This document shows positions 20,265-30,549 of a stretch of DNA of 64,000 nt, piece by piece (the first letter of the stretch is position 1; each line of letters begins with the position of its first letter). The DNA comes from an uncultured Acidobacteriota bacterium. GTDB lineage: Bacteria; Acidobacteriota; JAQAZP01. The DNA is taken from the NCBI GenBank assembly GCA_963836075.1, contig CAWIIB010000009.1, positions 2,624,001 through 2,688,000 on the forward strand, in the 5' to 3' direction. Both the position numbers and the translations under genes were made by a program. The notes beneath the pieces were generated by a model. The model was not told where the DNA came from. It worked only from the letters and a program-made list of their open reading frames with translations, and ran no database searches.

Positions 20265-20615
20265 CTATCCACCAGCTGCCGCGGTCTTTGCCGCCGGGGT
20301 TTTTTTACCCCCGGCTTTTGCCGGCTTTGTCTTCACCGGCGGGTCTTCCAGGTCCAGATCGGCCAGTTCGCCGATCAGGCTCTCCACCCGCCGCTTGATC
20401 TCCGAGCGCTCTTCGCGCAACCGGTCAAGCTCAGCGAAGGAAGCTGCCTGCCCGGCCCGCTCGGCCTCCAGTTCAGCCACCCGGTCCTTCAGCCCCCGCT
20501 TTTCGATCTGCAGGGCGGCCACGTGCTGTTCCAGCTCCAGGCGCACCGTTTTCAGGTGCTGGATCCGTTCGGCGGCGAGCCGTATTTTTTCTTCCAGAAC
20601 TGTGAACTGTTCCAT
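20265..20615 (-). CDS. Coiled-coil protein, ZapB-like
   Basis: LEEKI...LREERSEIKRRVESLI coiled coil directly upstream of zapA. Confidence 0.7.
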   Translation of the reverse strand: MEQFTVLEEKIRLAAERIQHLKTVRLELEQHVAALQIEKRGLKDRVAELEAERAGQAASFAELDRLREERSEIKRRVESLIGELADLDLEDPPVKTKPAKAGGKKTPAAKTAAAGG

Positions 20616-20658
20616 TGCCTCACGCCGGCCCGGGGGCCGGTCCCCGCGATCCTCCGCT

Positions 20659-21024
20659 TCAGGCGGAGGTGTCCGTGGCGCCCTGGGCCAGGGTGGCCAG
20701 CTCGCTGAAGCCGGCGGGATCTTTGACCGCCATCTCGGCCAGGACCTTGCGGTCCAGGGCCACGTTGGCCTTGGCCAGACCGCTCATGAACCGGCTGTAC
20801 GAGATGCCGTTCAACCGCGCGGCGGCGCCGATGCGGACGATCCACAGCCGTCTGAACTCACGCTTCTTGGTCCGGCGGTCGCGGTAGGCGAAGCTCAGGG
20901 CCCGTTCCACGGATTCCTTGGCCGACTTGTAGAGGCGGCTCTTGGCTCCGTAGTAGCCCTTGGCCAGCTTGAGGTATTTGGAGCGCCGCTCTTTTCTCTT
21001 TGTGCCTCGTTTAACTCTTGGCAT
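20659..21024 (-). CDS. rplT: 50S ribosomal protein L20
   Basis: MPRVKRG, AYRDRR.KKR.FR.LWI.RI. Confidence 0.98.
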   Translation of the reverse strand: MPRVKRGTKRKERRSKYLKLAKGYYGAKSRLYKSAKESVERALSFAYRDRRTKKREFRRLWIVRIGAAARLNGISYSRFMSGLAKANVALDRKVLAEMAVKDPAGFSELATLAQGATDTSA

Positions 21025-21117
21025 GGTTTCCTCCAGGGTGCACCCCTGATGCAGCCGGCGGATCAGCCGTCAGGCCCCCGGTGAAACCGGGTGACCGGGG
21101 CCGTCCGCAGCGGCGGT

Positions 21118-21315
21118 TCAGGCGTGCGGCAACAGCATCTTGATCCGGGCGCTGTCACTGGTGTGGACGTAAGTTGCCTTCCGGAGCCCCCTTTTCCGCT
21201 TGGTACTCTTCTTGGTCAGGATGTGGCTGGCATAGGCTTTGATGCGTTTGATCTTTTTCCCCTTGGTCAGCTTGAATCGCTTCGCTGCCCCACGGTGGGT
21301 TTTCAGTTTTGGCAC
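21118..21315 (-). CDS. rpmI: 50S ribosomal protein L35
   Basis: GTG start; [15 protein letters not shown]...HILTKKS.KRKR. Confidence 0.97.
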   Translation of the reverse strand: MPKLKTHRGAAKRFKLTKGKKIKRIKAYASHILTKKSTKRKRGLRKATYVHTSDSARIKMLLPHA

Positions 21316-21443
21316 CTTATGGTCTCCTTCCTTTCGCGTACATGTAAAACAAACCATCCCGCCCGCGGCCCAAAGGCCGGGCGTCGATACGTGCGATGGG
21401 TCAATAGGCCTCGTTCTGTTTAGTCAGATGGAGTGCGCGCCGG

Positions 21444-21986
21444 TCAGACCTTGTCGGGCGCGAAGACGGCCACCATCCGGATCCCCTCCATTTTGGGATG
21501 GGCCTCCAGGACGGCCAATTCACCGAGTTCGACCTTGAGACGATCGATGATCCGAACCCCGTTCTGCTTGTGCGCCCGCTCGCGGCCCCGAAAGATGATG
21601 GTGATCTTCACCTTGTCCCCATCCTTCAGGAATCGCACCACGTGACGCAACTTGAACTGGAAATCGTGCTCATCGGTGTTGGGACGAAACTTGATCTCCT
21701 TGACCTGGAACTGCTTTTGCCTTTTTTTTGCCTCGTGTGCTTTTTTGCTCTGCTGGAAGAGGTATTTGCCGTAGTTCATGATACGGCACACCGGGGGCTT
21801 GGCTTCCGGCGCCACCTCCACCAGGTCGAGGTTCAGGTCCTGGGCCCTCTGTTGGGCGTCCTCAATGGCCAGGATGCCCAATTGTGTCCCGTCCTCGCCG
21901 ATGACTCGCACTTCGGGAACCCGAATATCTTCGTTGATTCTCGTCGTGGGCTCTTTCGGCTCGCTCCGTCTGAAATCTCTTCTTAT
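21444..21986 (-). CDS. infC: Translation initiation factor IF-3 (probable ATA start)
   Basis: RINEDIR..EVRVI, LDLVEVAP.AKPPVCRIMNYGK, VKEIKFRP, FRGRE; GGAGG then in-frame ATA at 21986. Confidence 0.95.
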   Translation of the reverse strand: MRRDFRRSEPKEPTTRINEDIRVPEVRVIGEDGTQLGILAIEDAQQRAQDLNLDLVEVAPEAKPPVCRIMNYGKYLFQQSKKAHEAKKRQKQFQVKEIKFRPNTDEHDFQFKLRHVVRFLKDGDKVKITIIFRGRERAHKQNGVRIIDRLKVELGELAVLEAHPKMEGIRMVAVFAPDKV

Positions 21987-22152
21987 GGCTTCCAATCCTC
22001 CATCTGGGGTCCGGACTTCAGCGGATGTTTCCGGCCGAACCACTTTGATGTCACTGACAAATAAATACCTTATGCGCCCGCCGGCGTTCCGGGGAGGGGC
22101 TTCCGCCCACACCCGATTCCCCTGCCGGAATCAGACCTGTACACAATCCATT

Positions 22153-22181
22153 ACTATAGCGGTTAACGCTTCTGGAATCAA
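22153..22181 (-). promoter_or_regulatory. sigma70-type promoter for infC-rpmI-rplT
   Basis: Minus strand TTGATT-17 nt-TATAGT. Confidence 0.55.
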
Positions 22182-22196
22182 CCTTGTTGCCACCGT

Positions 22197-24128
22197 TCAC
22201 GGCTTTACCGCCCGGGTGCGCTGCAGTTCGTCGAACCGGGCGCACAACTCGTCGAACCCGGAAGATCCCTGGTCGCCCTCGAAGCGATTTCGCACGGAGA
22301 GGGTCCCGGCTTCCTCTTCCCGGCCCCCGGCGATGAGCATGAACGGTGTTTTCATCAGCTGGGCATCCCGGATCCGGTAGTTGAGTTTCTCCTTCCGGGT
22401 GTCGATCTCCACACGGTAGCCTTTTTCTTTCAACTGTTTATACCGTTTCTCGGCATAGTCGTTGAATTTGTCCGAGAGGGGCAGGACCACGGCCTGCACC
22501 GGGGCCAGCCAGAAGGGGAAGGCCCCGGCATAGTGCTCGATCAGGGTGCCGAAAAAGCGCTCGATGGAGCCGAGCAGGGCGCGGTGGATGATCACGCACT
22601 GGTGTTCCTTCGAATCGGCCCCCACGTAATTGATGCCGAACTGCTTCGGCAGGTGGCCGAAATCGAACTGGATGGTGGTCAGCTGCCACTCCCGCCGCAG
22701 GGCGTCCAGCAGTTTGAGGTCGATTTTCGGTCCGTAGAATGCCGCCTCGCCCTGTTCGGCGTGATACTCCACGTTCCGTTCCTTGAGCACCCGCTCCAGC
22801 AGACCTTCCGCGTGGGCCCACTGTTCCGGGGTCCCGGCGTACTTGCCCATGTCCTCCGGGTCGCTGAGCGAGAGCTCAACGCGGTATTCGTCGAAGCCGA
22901 AGGTCCTGAGGATGTCCTCGGCCTGGTCGAAGACGCTGATCACCTCGGCCTCCAGCTGGTCGGGGGTGCAGAAGATGTGGGCGTCGTCCTGGGTGAACCC
23001 GCGCACCCGCAGGGTGCCGTGCAGCACGCCCGACTTCTCGTAACGGTAGACCGTGCCCATTTCCGAGTAGCGCACCGGCAGGTCGCGGTAGCTGCGCCGC
23101 TTGGAGTTGTAGATCAGGATGTGCCCCGGGCAGTTCATCGGCTTGAGCACGTACTCGTGCTCGTCGATGTCCAGGGTGAACATGTTCTCCCGGTAGTAGT
23201 CGTAGTGCCCCGATGTCTTCCACAGTTCGTGGTGTGCGATGTGCGGGCTGACCACCGGTTCATAGTTCCACTCCCGGTGCTTCTCCTTCCAGTAGGTCTC
23301 GATCAGCTCCCGGACCACCGCCCCCCGGGGGTGCCAGAAGATCAGGCCGGCGCCGGCGTCCTCCTGGATGCTGAACAGCTCCAGGTCTTTCCCCAGGCGC
23401 CGGTGGTCCCGCTTCTTGATCTCTTCCAGCCGCTGGAGGTGTTCCTCCAGGTCCTTGTTCTTCCAGAAGGCGGTGCCGTTGATCCGCTGCAGCATCTGGT
23501 TGTGCTCGTCCCCCAGCCAGTAGGCGCCGGAGGAGGTGAGCAGCTTGAACTTCGGGATCTGACCGGTGGAGCGCAGGTGCGGCCCGCGGCAGAAATCGAT
23601 GAAATCGCCCTGGCGGTAGCAGCTCACCGGCGGCTCGGCCTTGGCCTCGATCAGTTCCGTCTTCAGCCGCTCGCCCATCTCGTCGAACTTCCGCAGGGCC
23701 TCGTCCTTGTCAAAATAGACCCGGTCGATTTCCAGGTCGCGCTTGACGATCTCCCCCATCCGCTGCTCGATGGCCTGCAGGTCTTCGGGGCCGAAGGTGC
23801 CGTCGTATTCGAAGTCGTAGTAAAAGCCGTCCTCGGTGGCCGGGCCGATGCCCAGCTTGACCTGGGGAAAGAGCTCCTGCACCGCCTGGGCCAGCACGTG
23901 GGCGGTGCTGTGGCGCAGCACGTGCAGGCTCTCCGGGTCACGCTTGGTCAGGATACGCAGGCGGCAGTCGTCGGTGATCTCGGACCTCAGGTCCACCAGC
24001 TGGTCGTCGATCATACCGCCCACGGCCTGTTTGGCCAGGCCGGGGCCGATGGAGGCCGCGACATCGCCCACAGTTGTCTGTGGCGGGTATTCCCGGCTGC
24101 TGCCGTCGGGCAATGTGATGTTGATCAT
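22197..24128 (-). CDS. thrS: Threonine--tRNA ligase
   Basis: TGS domain, HSTAHVLAQAV, DFCRGPH, RDHRRLG, KPMNCPGH, AFYGPKID. Confidence 0.98.
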   Translation of the reverse strand: MINITLPDGSSREYPPQTTVGDVAASIGPGLAKQAVGGMIDDQLVDLRSEITDDCRLRILTKRDPESLHVLRHSTAHVLAQAVQELFPQVKLGIGPATEDGFYYDFEYDGTFGPEDLQAIEQRMGEIVKRDLEIDRVYFDKDEALRKFDEMGERLKTELIEAKAEPPVSCYRQGDFIDFCRGPHLRSTGQIPKFKLLTSSGAYWLGDEHNQMLQRINGTAFWKNKDLEEHLQRLEEIKKRDHRRLGKDLELFSIQEDAGAGLIFWHPRGAVVRELIETYWKEKHREWNYEPVVSPHIAHHELWKTSGHYDYYRENMFTLDIDEHEYVLKPMNCPGHILIYNSKRRSYRDLPVRYSEMGTVYRYEKSGVLHGTLRVRGFTQDDAHIFCTPDQLEAEVISVFDQAEDILRTFGFDEYRVELSLSDPEDMGKYAGTPEQWAHAEGLLERVLKERNVEYHAEQGEAAFYGPKIDLKLLDALRREWQLTTIQFDFGHLPKQFGINYVGADSKEHQCVIIHRALLGSIERFFGTLIEHYAGAFPFWLAPVQAVVLPLSDKFNDYAEKRYKQLKEKGYRVEIDTRKEKLNYRIRDAQLMKTPFMLIAGGREEEAGTLSVRNRFEGDQGSSGFDELCARFDELQRTRAVKP

Positions 24129-24255
24129 GGTCCTGCCTCATGCATTGACGTGGGCCGGCGGAGAAAATGGTCCGGAGAAAAAAAAAGAGGCAACGAGTAC
24201 CTCTTGTCACGTCCCGTTCCGCCTGGCCGTGAAGACTACTGCAGTTTCCTGGAAT

Positions 24256-24330
24256 TGGTAGGCGCTGAGGGATTTGAACCCTCGACCTCTACCGTGTCAA
24301 GGTAGCGCTCTCCCCCTGAGCTAAGCACCT
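24256..24330 (-). tRNA. tRNA-Val(GAC)
   Basis: AGGTGCTTAGCTCAG...CTACC-TTGACAC-GGTAG...GTTCAAATC...AGCGCCTACCA; 75 nt with encoded CCA. Confidence 0.97.
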
Positions 24331-24369
24331 CCATGGGTCCGTGGGGACAGATCGATCCAAGAGTGGGGG

Positions 24370-24398
24370 AGTCTAGCAGAACAGTCCAAATATGTCAA
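24370..24398 (-). promoter_or_regulatory. sigma70 promoter for tRNA-Val/thrS
   Basis: Minus strand TTGACA-17 nt-TAGACT. Confidence 0.7.
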
Positions 24399-24522
24399 CG
24401 AATTAGCGGTGTTTTGAAGGATCGAAACCGGCGGTTGACCGGGGCCGCCGGGAGCCGATAGGATGCTGACGGAAACCGTCCGGCCAGGGCAGGTGAAACG
24501 GGTGGGTAAAAGGGATTCCTGC

Positions 24523-25266
24523 ATGAAGCACTTCCGCATAATCGTGCAATATGACGGCACCGCCTACCACGGCTGGCAGGTCCAGCCCCGGGGGGCCACC
24601 ATCCAGGGCGAGTTGGAGGCCGTCCTGGGGCGTATCGCCACCCGTCCGGTCCGCGTGGAGGGGGCGGGCCGCACCGACGCCGGGGTTCACGCTCTGGGCC
24701 AGGTGGCCGCCTTCCATCTGCAGACCAGGATGACCCCGCAGGAGATGCTCCGGGCCCTGAACAGCCAGCTGCCCCGGGATATCCGCGTGGTTCGGGCCGA
24801 CGAGGTCCCGCCGGAGTTCCACCCCCGCTACCACGCCGCCTCGAAGATCTACTACTACCAGGTCTTCACCGGGCCGGTGATCTCACCCTTTCTCGGCCCC
24901 CACGCCCACCACCACCGCTGGCCCCTGGATGTGGACCGGATGCGGCAGGCTGCCGGTCATTATCTCGGGACACACGACTTCACCGCCTTTTGCGCCGCCG
25001 ACAGCGAGGTGCGGGACAAGGTGCGCGAGGTGCTGGCCGCCGACCTGTTCCAGCAGGGCGAACTGCTGATTTTCGTGGTCCAGGCCACCGGCTTTCTCAA
25101 GCAGATGGTGCGCACCATGGTGGGCACGCTGATCGAGGTGGGCCGGGGCAAGATCGAGCCGGGTGATGTGGAGCGGGTCATCAGCAGCCGCGACCGGGCC
25201 CGGGCCGGCCCCACGGCCCCGGCCAACGGGCTGTTTCTCTATCGGGTGAACTACCCTGCTCAGTGA
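24523..25266 (+). CDS. truA: tRNA pseudouridine(38-40) synthase
   Basis: YDGTAYHGWQ, AGRTDAGVHALGQ, GTHDFTAF, FLKQMVRTMVG, TAPANGLFL. Confidence 0.97.
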   Translation: MKHFRIIVQYDGTAYHGWQVQPRGATIQGELEAVLGRIATRPVRVEGAGRTDAGVHALGQVAAFHLQTRMTPQEMLRALNSQLPRDIRVVRADEVPPEFHPRYHAASKIYYYQVFTGPVISPFLGPHAHHHRWPLDVDRMRQAAGHYLGTHDFTAFCAADSEVRDKVREVLAADLFQQGELLIFVVQATGFLKQMVRTMVGTLIEVGRGKIEPGDVERVISSRDRARAGPTAPANGLFLYRVNYPAQ

Positions 25267-25272
25267 TGCTGA
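25207..25272 (+). repeat. truA 3' end, direct repeat copy 1
   Basis: Matches 26076-26141 at 45/51 nt over the first 17 codons. Confidence 0.9.
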
Positions 25273-25304
25273 GGGATTGGGAATTTGCACCCCCGAAAAG
25301 AACC

Positions 25305-25352
25305 TTGCATTAATTAGAGCTATGGTCTACATTAAGACTATAATTATGGTCT
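25305..25352 (+). promoter_or_regulatory. TA promoter with overlapping operator half-sites
   Basis: TTGCAT-17-TACATT; TATGGTCT (25321, 25345) and inverted AGACTATA (25335). Confidence 0.65.
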
Positions 25353-25371
25353 GAATTGGAGTCAGAGAAAA

Positions 25372-25662
25372 ATGAAAGAGTTGCACGTTTCAGAGGACAT
25401 TCTCCCGGTGGGAGAATTCAAGACCCATGCTTCGCGGATCATTCGGCGGCTTAAAGAAACGCAACGCCCCTTTGTCATCACCCAGAACGGAAAACCCGCC
25501 GCGGTGCTTCTCACTCCTGATGCGTTCGACCGTCTGAGTGAGCATGCCCGTTTCCTCGAAGCCGTGGATGAGGGAGTTGCAGATTCAGCTGCCGGGCGGG
25601 TTATTGACGATACCCAGCTATCCAGCGAACTCGATGAAACCTTCGGCTCCCTCGAAAAATGA
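25372..25662 (+). CDS. Phd/YefM family antitoxin
   Basis: DILPVGEFK..AS.II, PFVITQNGKPAAVLL; ATGA overlap with the toxin. Confidence 0.93.
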   Translation: MKELHVSEDILPVGEFKTHASRIIRRLKETQRPFVITQNGKPAAVLLTPDAFDRLSEHARFLEAVDEGVADSAAGRVIDDTQLSSELDETFGSLEK

Positions 25663-25964
25663 AACTTCTCTGGACTGACAAGGCCCGGCGCGATCTGCTG
25701 GCCATCGGCCGGTACATCGGCAGGGATAACCCTCAAGCGGCGCGATCCTGGTTAGAACGGCTGCGTGCACGCGCTCGCCAGGCCGCCGAGATGCCACTGA
25801 CCGGCAGGGTGGTTCCCGAGCGATCGAGCAAGGATGTCCGCGAGGTCTTGCTGCGCAATTATCGAATTGTATACCGTGTTCATTCAGACGCCATACACAT
25901 TCTCACCATATTCGAAGGTCACCTGCGGCTCCCTCAGGATGCGGCACCGAGCGCCGGCGAATGA
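25659..25964 (+). CDS. RelE/ParE family toxin
   Basis: WTDKARRDL..I..YI..DNP.AA, P.TGRVVPE, REV..NYRIVYRV..I.ILTIF. Confidence 0.93.
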   Translation: MKLLWTDKARRDLLAIGRYIGRDNPQAARSWLERLRARARQAAEMPLTGRVVPERSSKDVREVLLRNYRIVYRVHSDAIHILTIFEGHLRLPQDAAPSAGE

Positions 25965-26075
25965 CCCCTGCCGGGATTCGCGCACTTTTTGATTCCGGGA
26001 TAGATTCAGCGGCAGAGCTCGTCGCATCCGCCGGTGGAGCAAGAGATCGACTGAAGATTGGCTGGGCGGCCGACC

Positions 26076-26141
26076 GGGCCCACCGCCCCGGCTAACGGGC
26101 TGTTTCCCTACCGGGTGAACTACCCGGGGAGCTGATGTTGA
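26076..26141 (+). repeat. Orphan truA 3' end, direct repeat copy 2
   Basis: Encodes GPTAPANGLFPYRVNYPGS* versus truA GPTAPANGLFLYRVNYPAQ*. Confidence 0.9.
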
Positions 26142-26287
26142 TAGTGCTGGGTGTGCTGGGTATTCAACCGGATTGTATTGTGGCTTTCTTATTGCGCAGA
26201 ATAATTACACGGCCTATATTATTACTAATCGCCTTATAGAATGGATCAAGCCATCCCATCATTTTCCGTCTTCTCGGGAGGGTCAAA

Positions 26288-29200
26288 ATGAGATGCATAC
26301 ATCGTGGGCCATTATTTCAATTTCTGGTAATTCTCTCGCTCTCTCTCTCTCTCTCCTGAATAGTATCCTCGACACTGCCAGTGCCTATTCGACGCCCGAC
26401 GGTTTATCCTTCACCATGTCTCCAACGAATGGTCGGGTAACCAACCTGACCATCGATGGCAGAATTATTAATTTCTGTCCGGTCGATGGCTCAGATTTGA
26501 CCGGTGGATTCTACATCCGGGACAACACACCGGCTACTTTGGGTGGGCTACCGACAAGCACAACAAGACCAAATCTGCTCAACGACGAATTCTATGCACG
26601 GTTCAATGATGATCCCGATGATGACTTAATCGTGATTGGTACACCTGGACCGAACTCTTACTGGGGCTGGGCTTGGGATGGTAATCGAACCATTCGAGTT
26701 GAGACAATCGGTAGCGGGGGCGACGTCAACAAAGCCGCCTTGATCAGTGTGGATGAAAGTTCGAACCCGGATGGGGACGGGTATTTCGGGGCAATTTTCC
26801 GCGATCATACATTCACTTCGTTCACTTCTCCGGAGCATGAGATGTACTACCTCGTTTTCGAGGTGAAGACCGGATCGGGTTGGCGAAGCAACAGTCTGGG
26901 CCATCTCTCCTATGAGAACGGAGGTGAATATGATCGATCAAGATATGGACACCATCGTGTCTCGGCACGTGTTGAATGGTTCTATGACACCCTGCAGGAC
27001 TTCGGCCGCGAACCGACAGGAGATGTCTGTGACATCTTCTATGCCTACGAGACGACAGACACGATCAGCGGCGAGCGCCTGACCCGATTCTGTGGCAGAA
27101 CATATCGACCATTCGATCCGGATAGCAGGTACTCTGGCCCAAGCAAAGACTGCCAGGATCGCTTTGGTTGTGGAAGGGTATATGCCGGATGATGAGAATG
27201 CGAGCTATCCGGATAACACTGTTTATTTCGACAATATCTCTTTCTTCAGGGCGCCGCCCATCAAGCAAGTTTATTGGGATGAACCGACAGTCCCTGATGA
27301 TCCGTATCTGCTGTATGGGGACTCCGGCTATTCGGATGATCTCGACCTCCAACTGAACCTGGATGTTGAAGTTATCCAGCCCCCTACCGGCAGCCTCGAT
27401 TCATACGTGCTCTTCGCCGGCAGCTTGATCAATGATGATGGCGAAACGGGAACAGCGATGGACCCAAGATCGATCGATCTCGGTTTCGCCTTCCCGATCC
27501 TGGACAATACCAGTTCTGGGACGACAACCCAGCAACTGGAGTGGCACTATGATGTGAACCACGCTTCCCTTGTCGATTCCGACGATGCGTCCATCGATGA
27601 AAACCGGAAGATGTTTCCGTACACCATGTCGAGTCACGTGGATGCGCGGCCCGAGTACAAGATGAGCGGGGTTGCCCAGCCCCTGGGCGTCGATTTGGAG
27701 AGAACACTTGGCCTTCAGGTATCATCGTATCCCATCGGTGCTGTGGCCATTCATGATCCGGCGGATCCGGAAAATCTGCGGGGCCTCTCGTTCGGTGATT
27801 CACTTGACGGCACCTGGGTGACCCCCAATATTTCTCATTTCGGCTATCGGATTGACCGCCAGGCTTGGGGAGGTGCCCAGGATTTCATCGGATACGCCTA
27901 TATCGAATTCAACCTTGGCTTGCTGGCGGAGGACTCTGCATCCGGCAATAGCACCGATTTTTCTTTCATCATCTTCCGCTCGGATGATGAGGATTTTTCA
28001 GAGCAGTCTGTCTTTCGCGAGGGGATGGAAAAGTACCAACGCTCCTTCTATCAGGAGTTCTTCACCAGGCCCACCTTTACCCGCGAGGGCGAAGAAGACT
28101 GGCTCTTCGGCGGCGCTCAATACGATCCGGACGTCGATGATCTGGAGCAGGACGGTCTCGATGATCGGCCGAACCAGTTTGGGATTCGTTACGACCAGAT
28201 AAAATTTGTAGGATCTCCATCCGGCATTGCGGACATCAGGGCAAACCTTATTGCACTGCATGGAAAAAATGTCAGCGCCGTGGTCTATGATCTTCCCTGG
28301 GCCGGCAGCTTCGAGATAAAAAATGATGGCGAAGAATCCAATAGAATGAACTCTATGGATGAGTTATGGATCCAAGCCGAAGCTGAGCTCGATGACATAT
28401 CCTTTCCCCAGAGTCAGATATATTTAAGAAAACTACCACGGATTTTCACTTCGCCGTTAGGTGAACAGAAGCTGTTCTACAAGATTTGTGAGGAACGTCA
28501 GCGGTACTTCTTTCCTGTTTCAGTGACGATGACGCCCGACCCTGATGAATCCGATATTCTTGTCACCAAGGAATTGAGCTACTTCAAAGGTTGGTATAAA
28601 TCCTTCGAGGAGGACTTTCACCTGATCGCTGGCGTGGAGTTTGACAATACTTACCGGGATAGCCATCTCGATCTGAACATCGGTCGAGTAGACAATTTTG
28701 CCCACAGCGATGTCGAGGGAAATGAGGGCCGTCTCACTTACAGTTATAACGAATTCAGGCCAGCCGTACCGCAATTGACTACCAACACCTGGTTTTTCCC
28801 TCATGTTGAAGCTTTTCTGGACGACGTAGACAATGATGAGGCTCAATTTCCAGATCATGGCGATGGCGCCGACTCGGGATACCCTGGAGCGTCAGAGGAA
28901 GAAATAATTTCCATCAACGCCATGCAGAAGGAATTCGGCGGTTCGAAATACGCGATCATGCTTGCCGATGTGATCATGTTCGAAAGTTCGACACAAACCC
29001 AGTTCAATAATAAAAATGAAAGTTTCGATTTCAGGCGGAGTATGGCTCGGGACAAATCCGTGGCAAGAGGGCTGGCACCATATAGATGCGCCGGTGACGC
29101 CCTGGACAATTATATCACCTATGGCAACGGGCCAGACCACCTATACACTGACAGGGACCAGGTGCTGCTCCAGTTGTTGAATGAAGCCACGTGGTCCTGC

Positions 29201-30549
29201 CTGGCATACGGTTTCATGCCGGCGATGCATAATTTCCTTTCGGTTGAGGAGGGGTGCTTCGTCGATGACGATGCGAAGGACGAATTTTATGGGTATCTCC
29301 CACCTGATCCACCTGGTCCTGCCAGAAGAGCGTTCTGGACAAGCGACAGTTATATCCTTCCCAGACGCGGCTACACAGATATTTTCAAGAAACTTCACAA
29401 GGCCGGCTGGCAGCCGGTGACCAATATCGTCAATCTCGTCGGGCCAGTTTCCGAATCACTGGTGATAAACAGGTTTGGTCCTTATGAGGGTTTTGGGCCG
29501 CCGAGTAGGCCGATATTTGTCACTGTCTACAATAATGAAACGTTTTCGTTGACGCTCACCGATGTGGCAGAGTATGGCTGTGAAGATTGCATCCCCATCG
29601 GTAGTCTCCAGAGTGATGAAGAGATCGAACTTTACAGCATCTGCGAGAACAACTTCGGATCGGCAGCTTTCCAGAACAAAGAAAAACGTGACTTGGATTC
29701 CCAGTTCTTTGATCTGAGAGACCGGAGTTTTCTTCTCGAGATCAACAATATTGACAAACTCGCTCTAAATGGTGTCGGCAATCTTATGGGGCATCAGATG
29801 ATCGAACATATTAAAGGCAGCACTCCAGCAGTCAACGCCCCCAACATCCCGGCAGATATCTTTGATGAATATGGCGACAACTATTCCGTCACAAGATCTA
29901 ACGGGGGGCCGGGTCTGGCGCCCAAGATTATTCTTGGGGGCGGACGGGCGCCCGGTGAACCGCAGGGACCTCGAACGATTGAGGACAAGGCCCTGATGGT
30001 ATTCAGAATCTGGCTCTCTGGCATAGTGGACAATTCAAAATCTGGAGATGGGGGGGAAGATCATCTGGGAGTCCATACTACAGGACTTTCGGCCATGGCT
30101 GGTCGGAGATTGAAGACTCACGCGCGGAAAGCGGCAGCCTTGACGCTGTCTACACTACCGTCCCCGGTGCCTGCGCTCTCTACCGCATTGATACCGGGGT
30201 CAATGGCCGGCACCGGTTGCGAGTGAATCACGTGGCGCGCCAGGAGGCGACCACCACTGCCCGCTACGATGTCTATGTTGTGAATCATCTTCAGGATTCC
30301 TTCCAGGATCTGACACTCGGGGACTTGCCGGAGCCTATCTGCTCGGTGGTTCTCGATCAGGCGAGACAATTGACCTCCGATGTTGATGCCGATGGATTTG
30401 CCGCTGTAAGTGAATTCGAAGTATCAGGCCTGGGTATAGATGATCTAGCCTCGGTGGTGGTCCGGGTCAGCGCCCAGCCCGACGAAGCGGGTTTCGCTGC
30501 TCTGGCCCTCCTGCTGGCCGATGCAGTGAAACTGGAGGCTGTTGAGTGA
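26288..30549 (+). pseudogene. Large secreted acidic protein (~1,400 aa) split by three frameshifts; CBM-like and golvesin/Xly-like C-terminal domain
   Basis: Signal-peptide frame from ATG 26288, then ORFs ending 27192, 30226 and 30549; junctions at (CT)8 26339, ~27135 and G7 30050; motifs VYFDNISF and IVDN..G.W..ARYDV..LDQ..ADAVKL. Could be intact in vivo. Confidence 0.6.
26339..26355 (+). repeat. (CT)8 dinucleotide tract
   Basis: CTCTCTCTCTCTCTCTC within a signal-peptide-like coding sequence. Confidence 0.95.

Noticed and set aside
24256-24330. tRNA-Val genes as the island integration site
   Set aside because: No duplicated tRNA 3' end seen; the duplication is of truA
25965-26075. Integron attC site after the TA pair
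   Set aside because: No RYYYAAC...GTTRRRY bounded palindrome and no integrase
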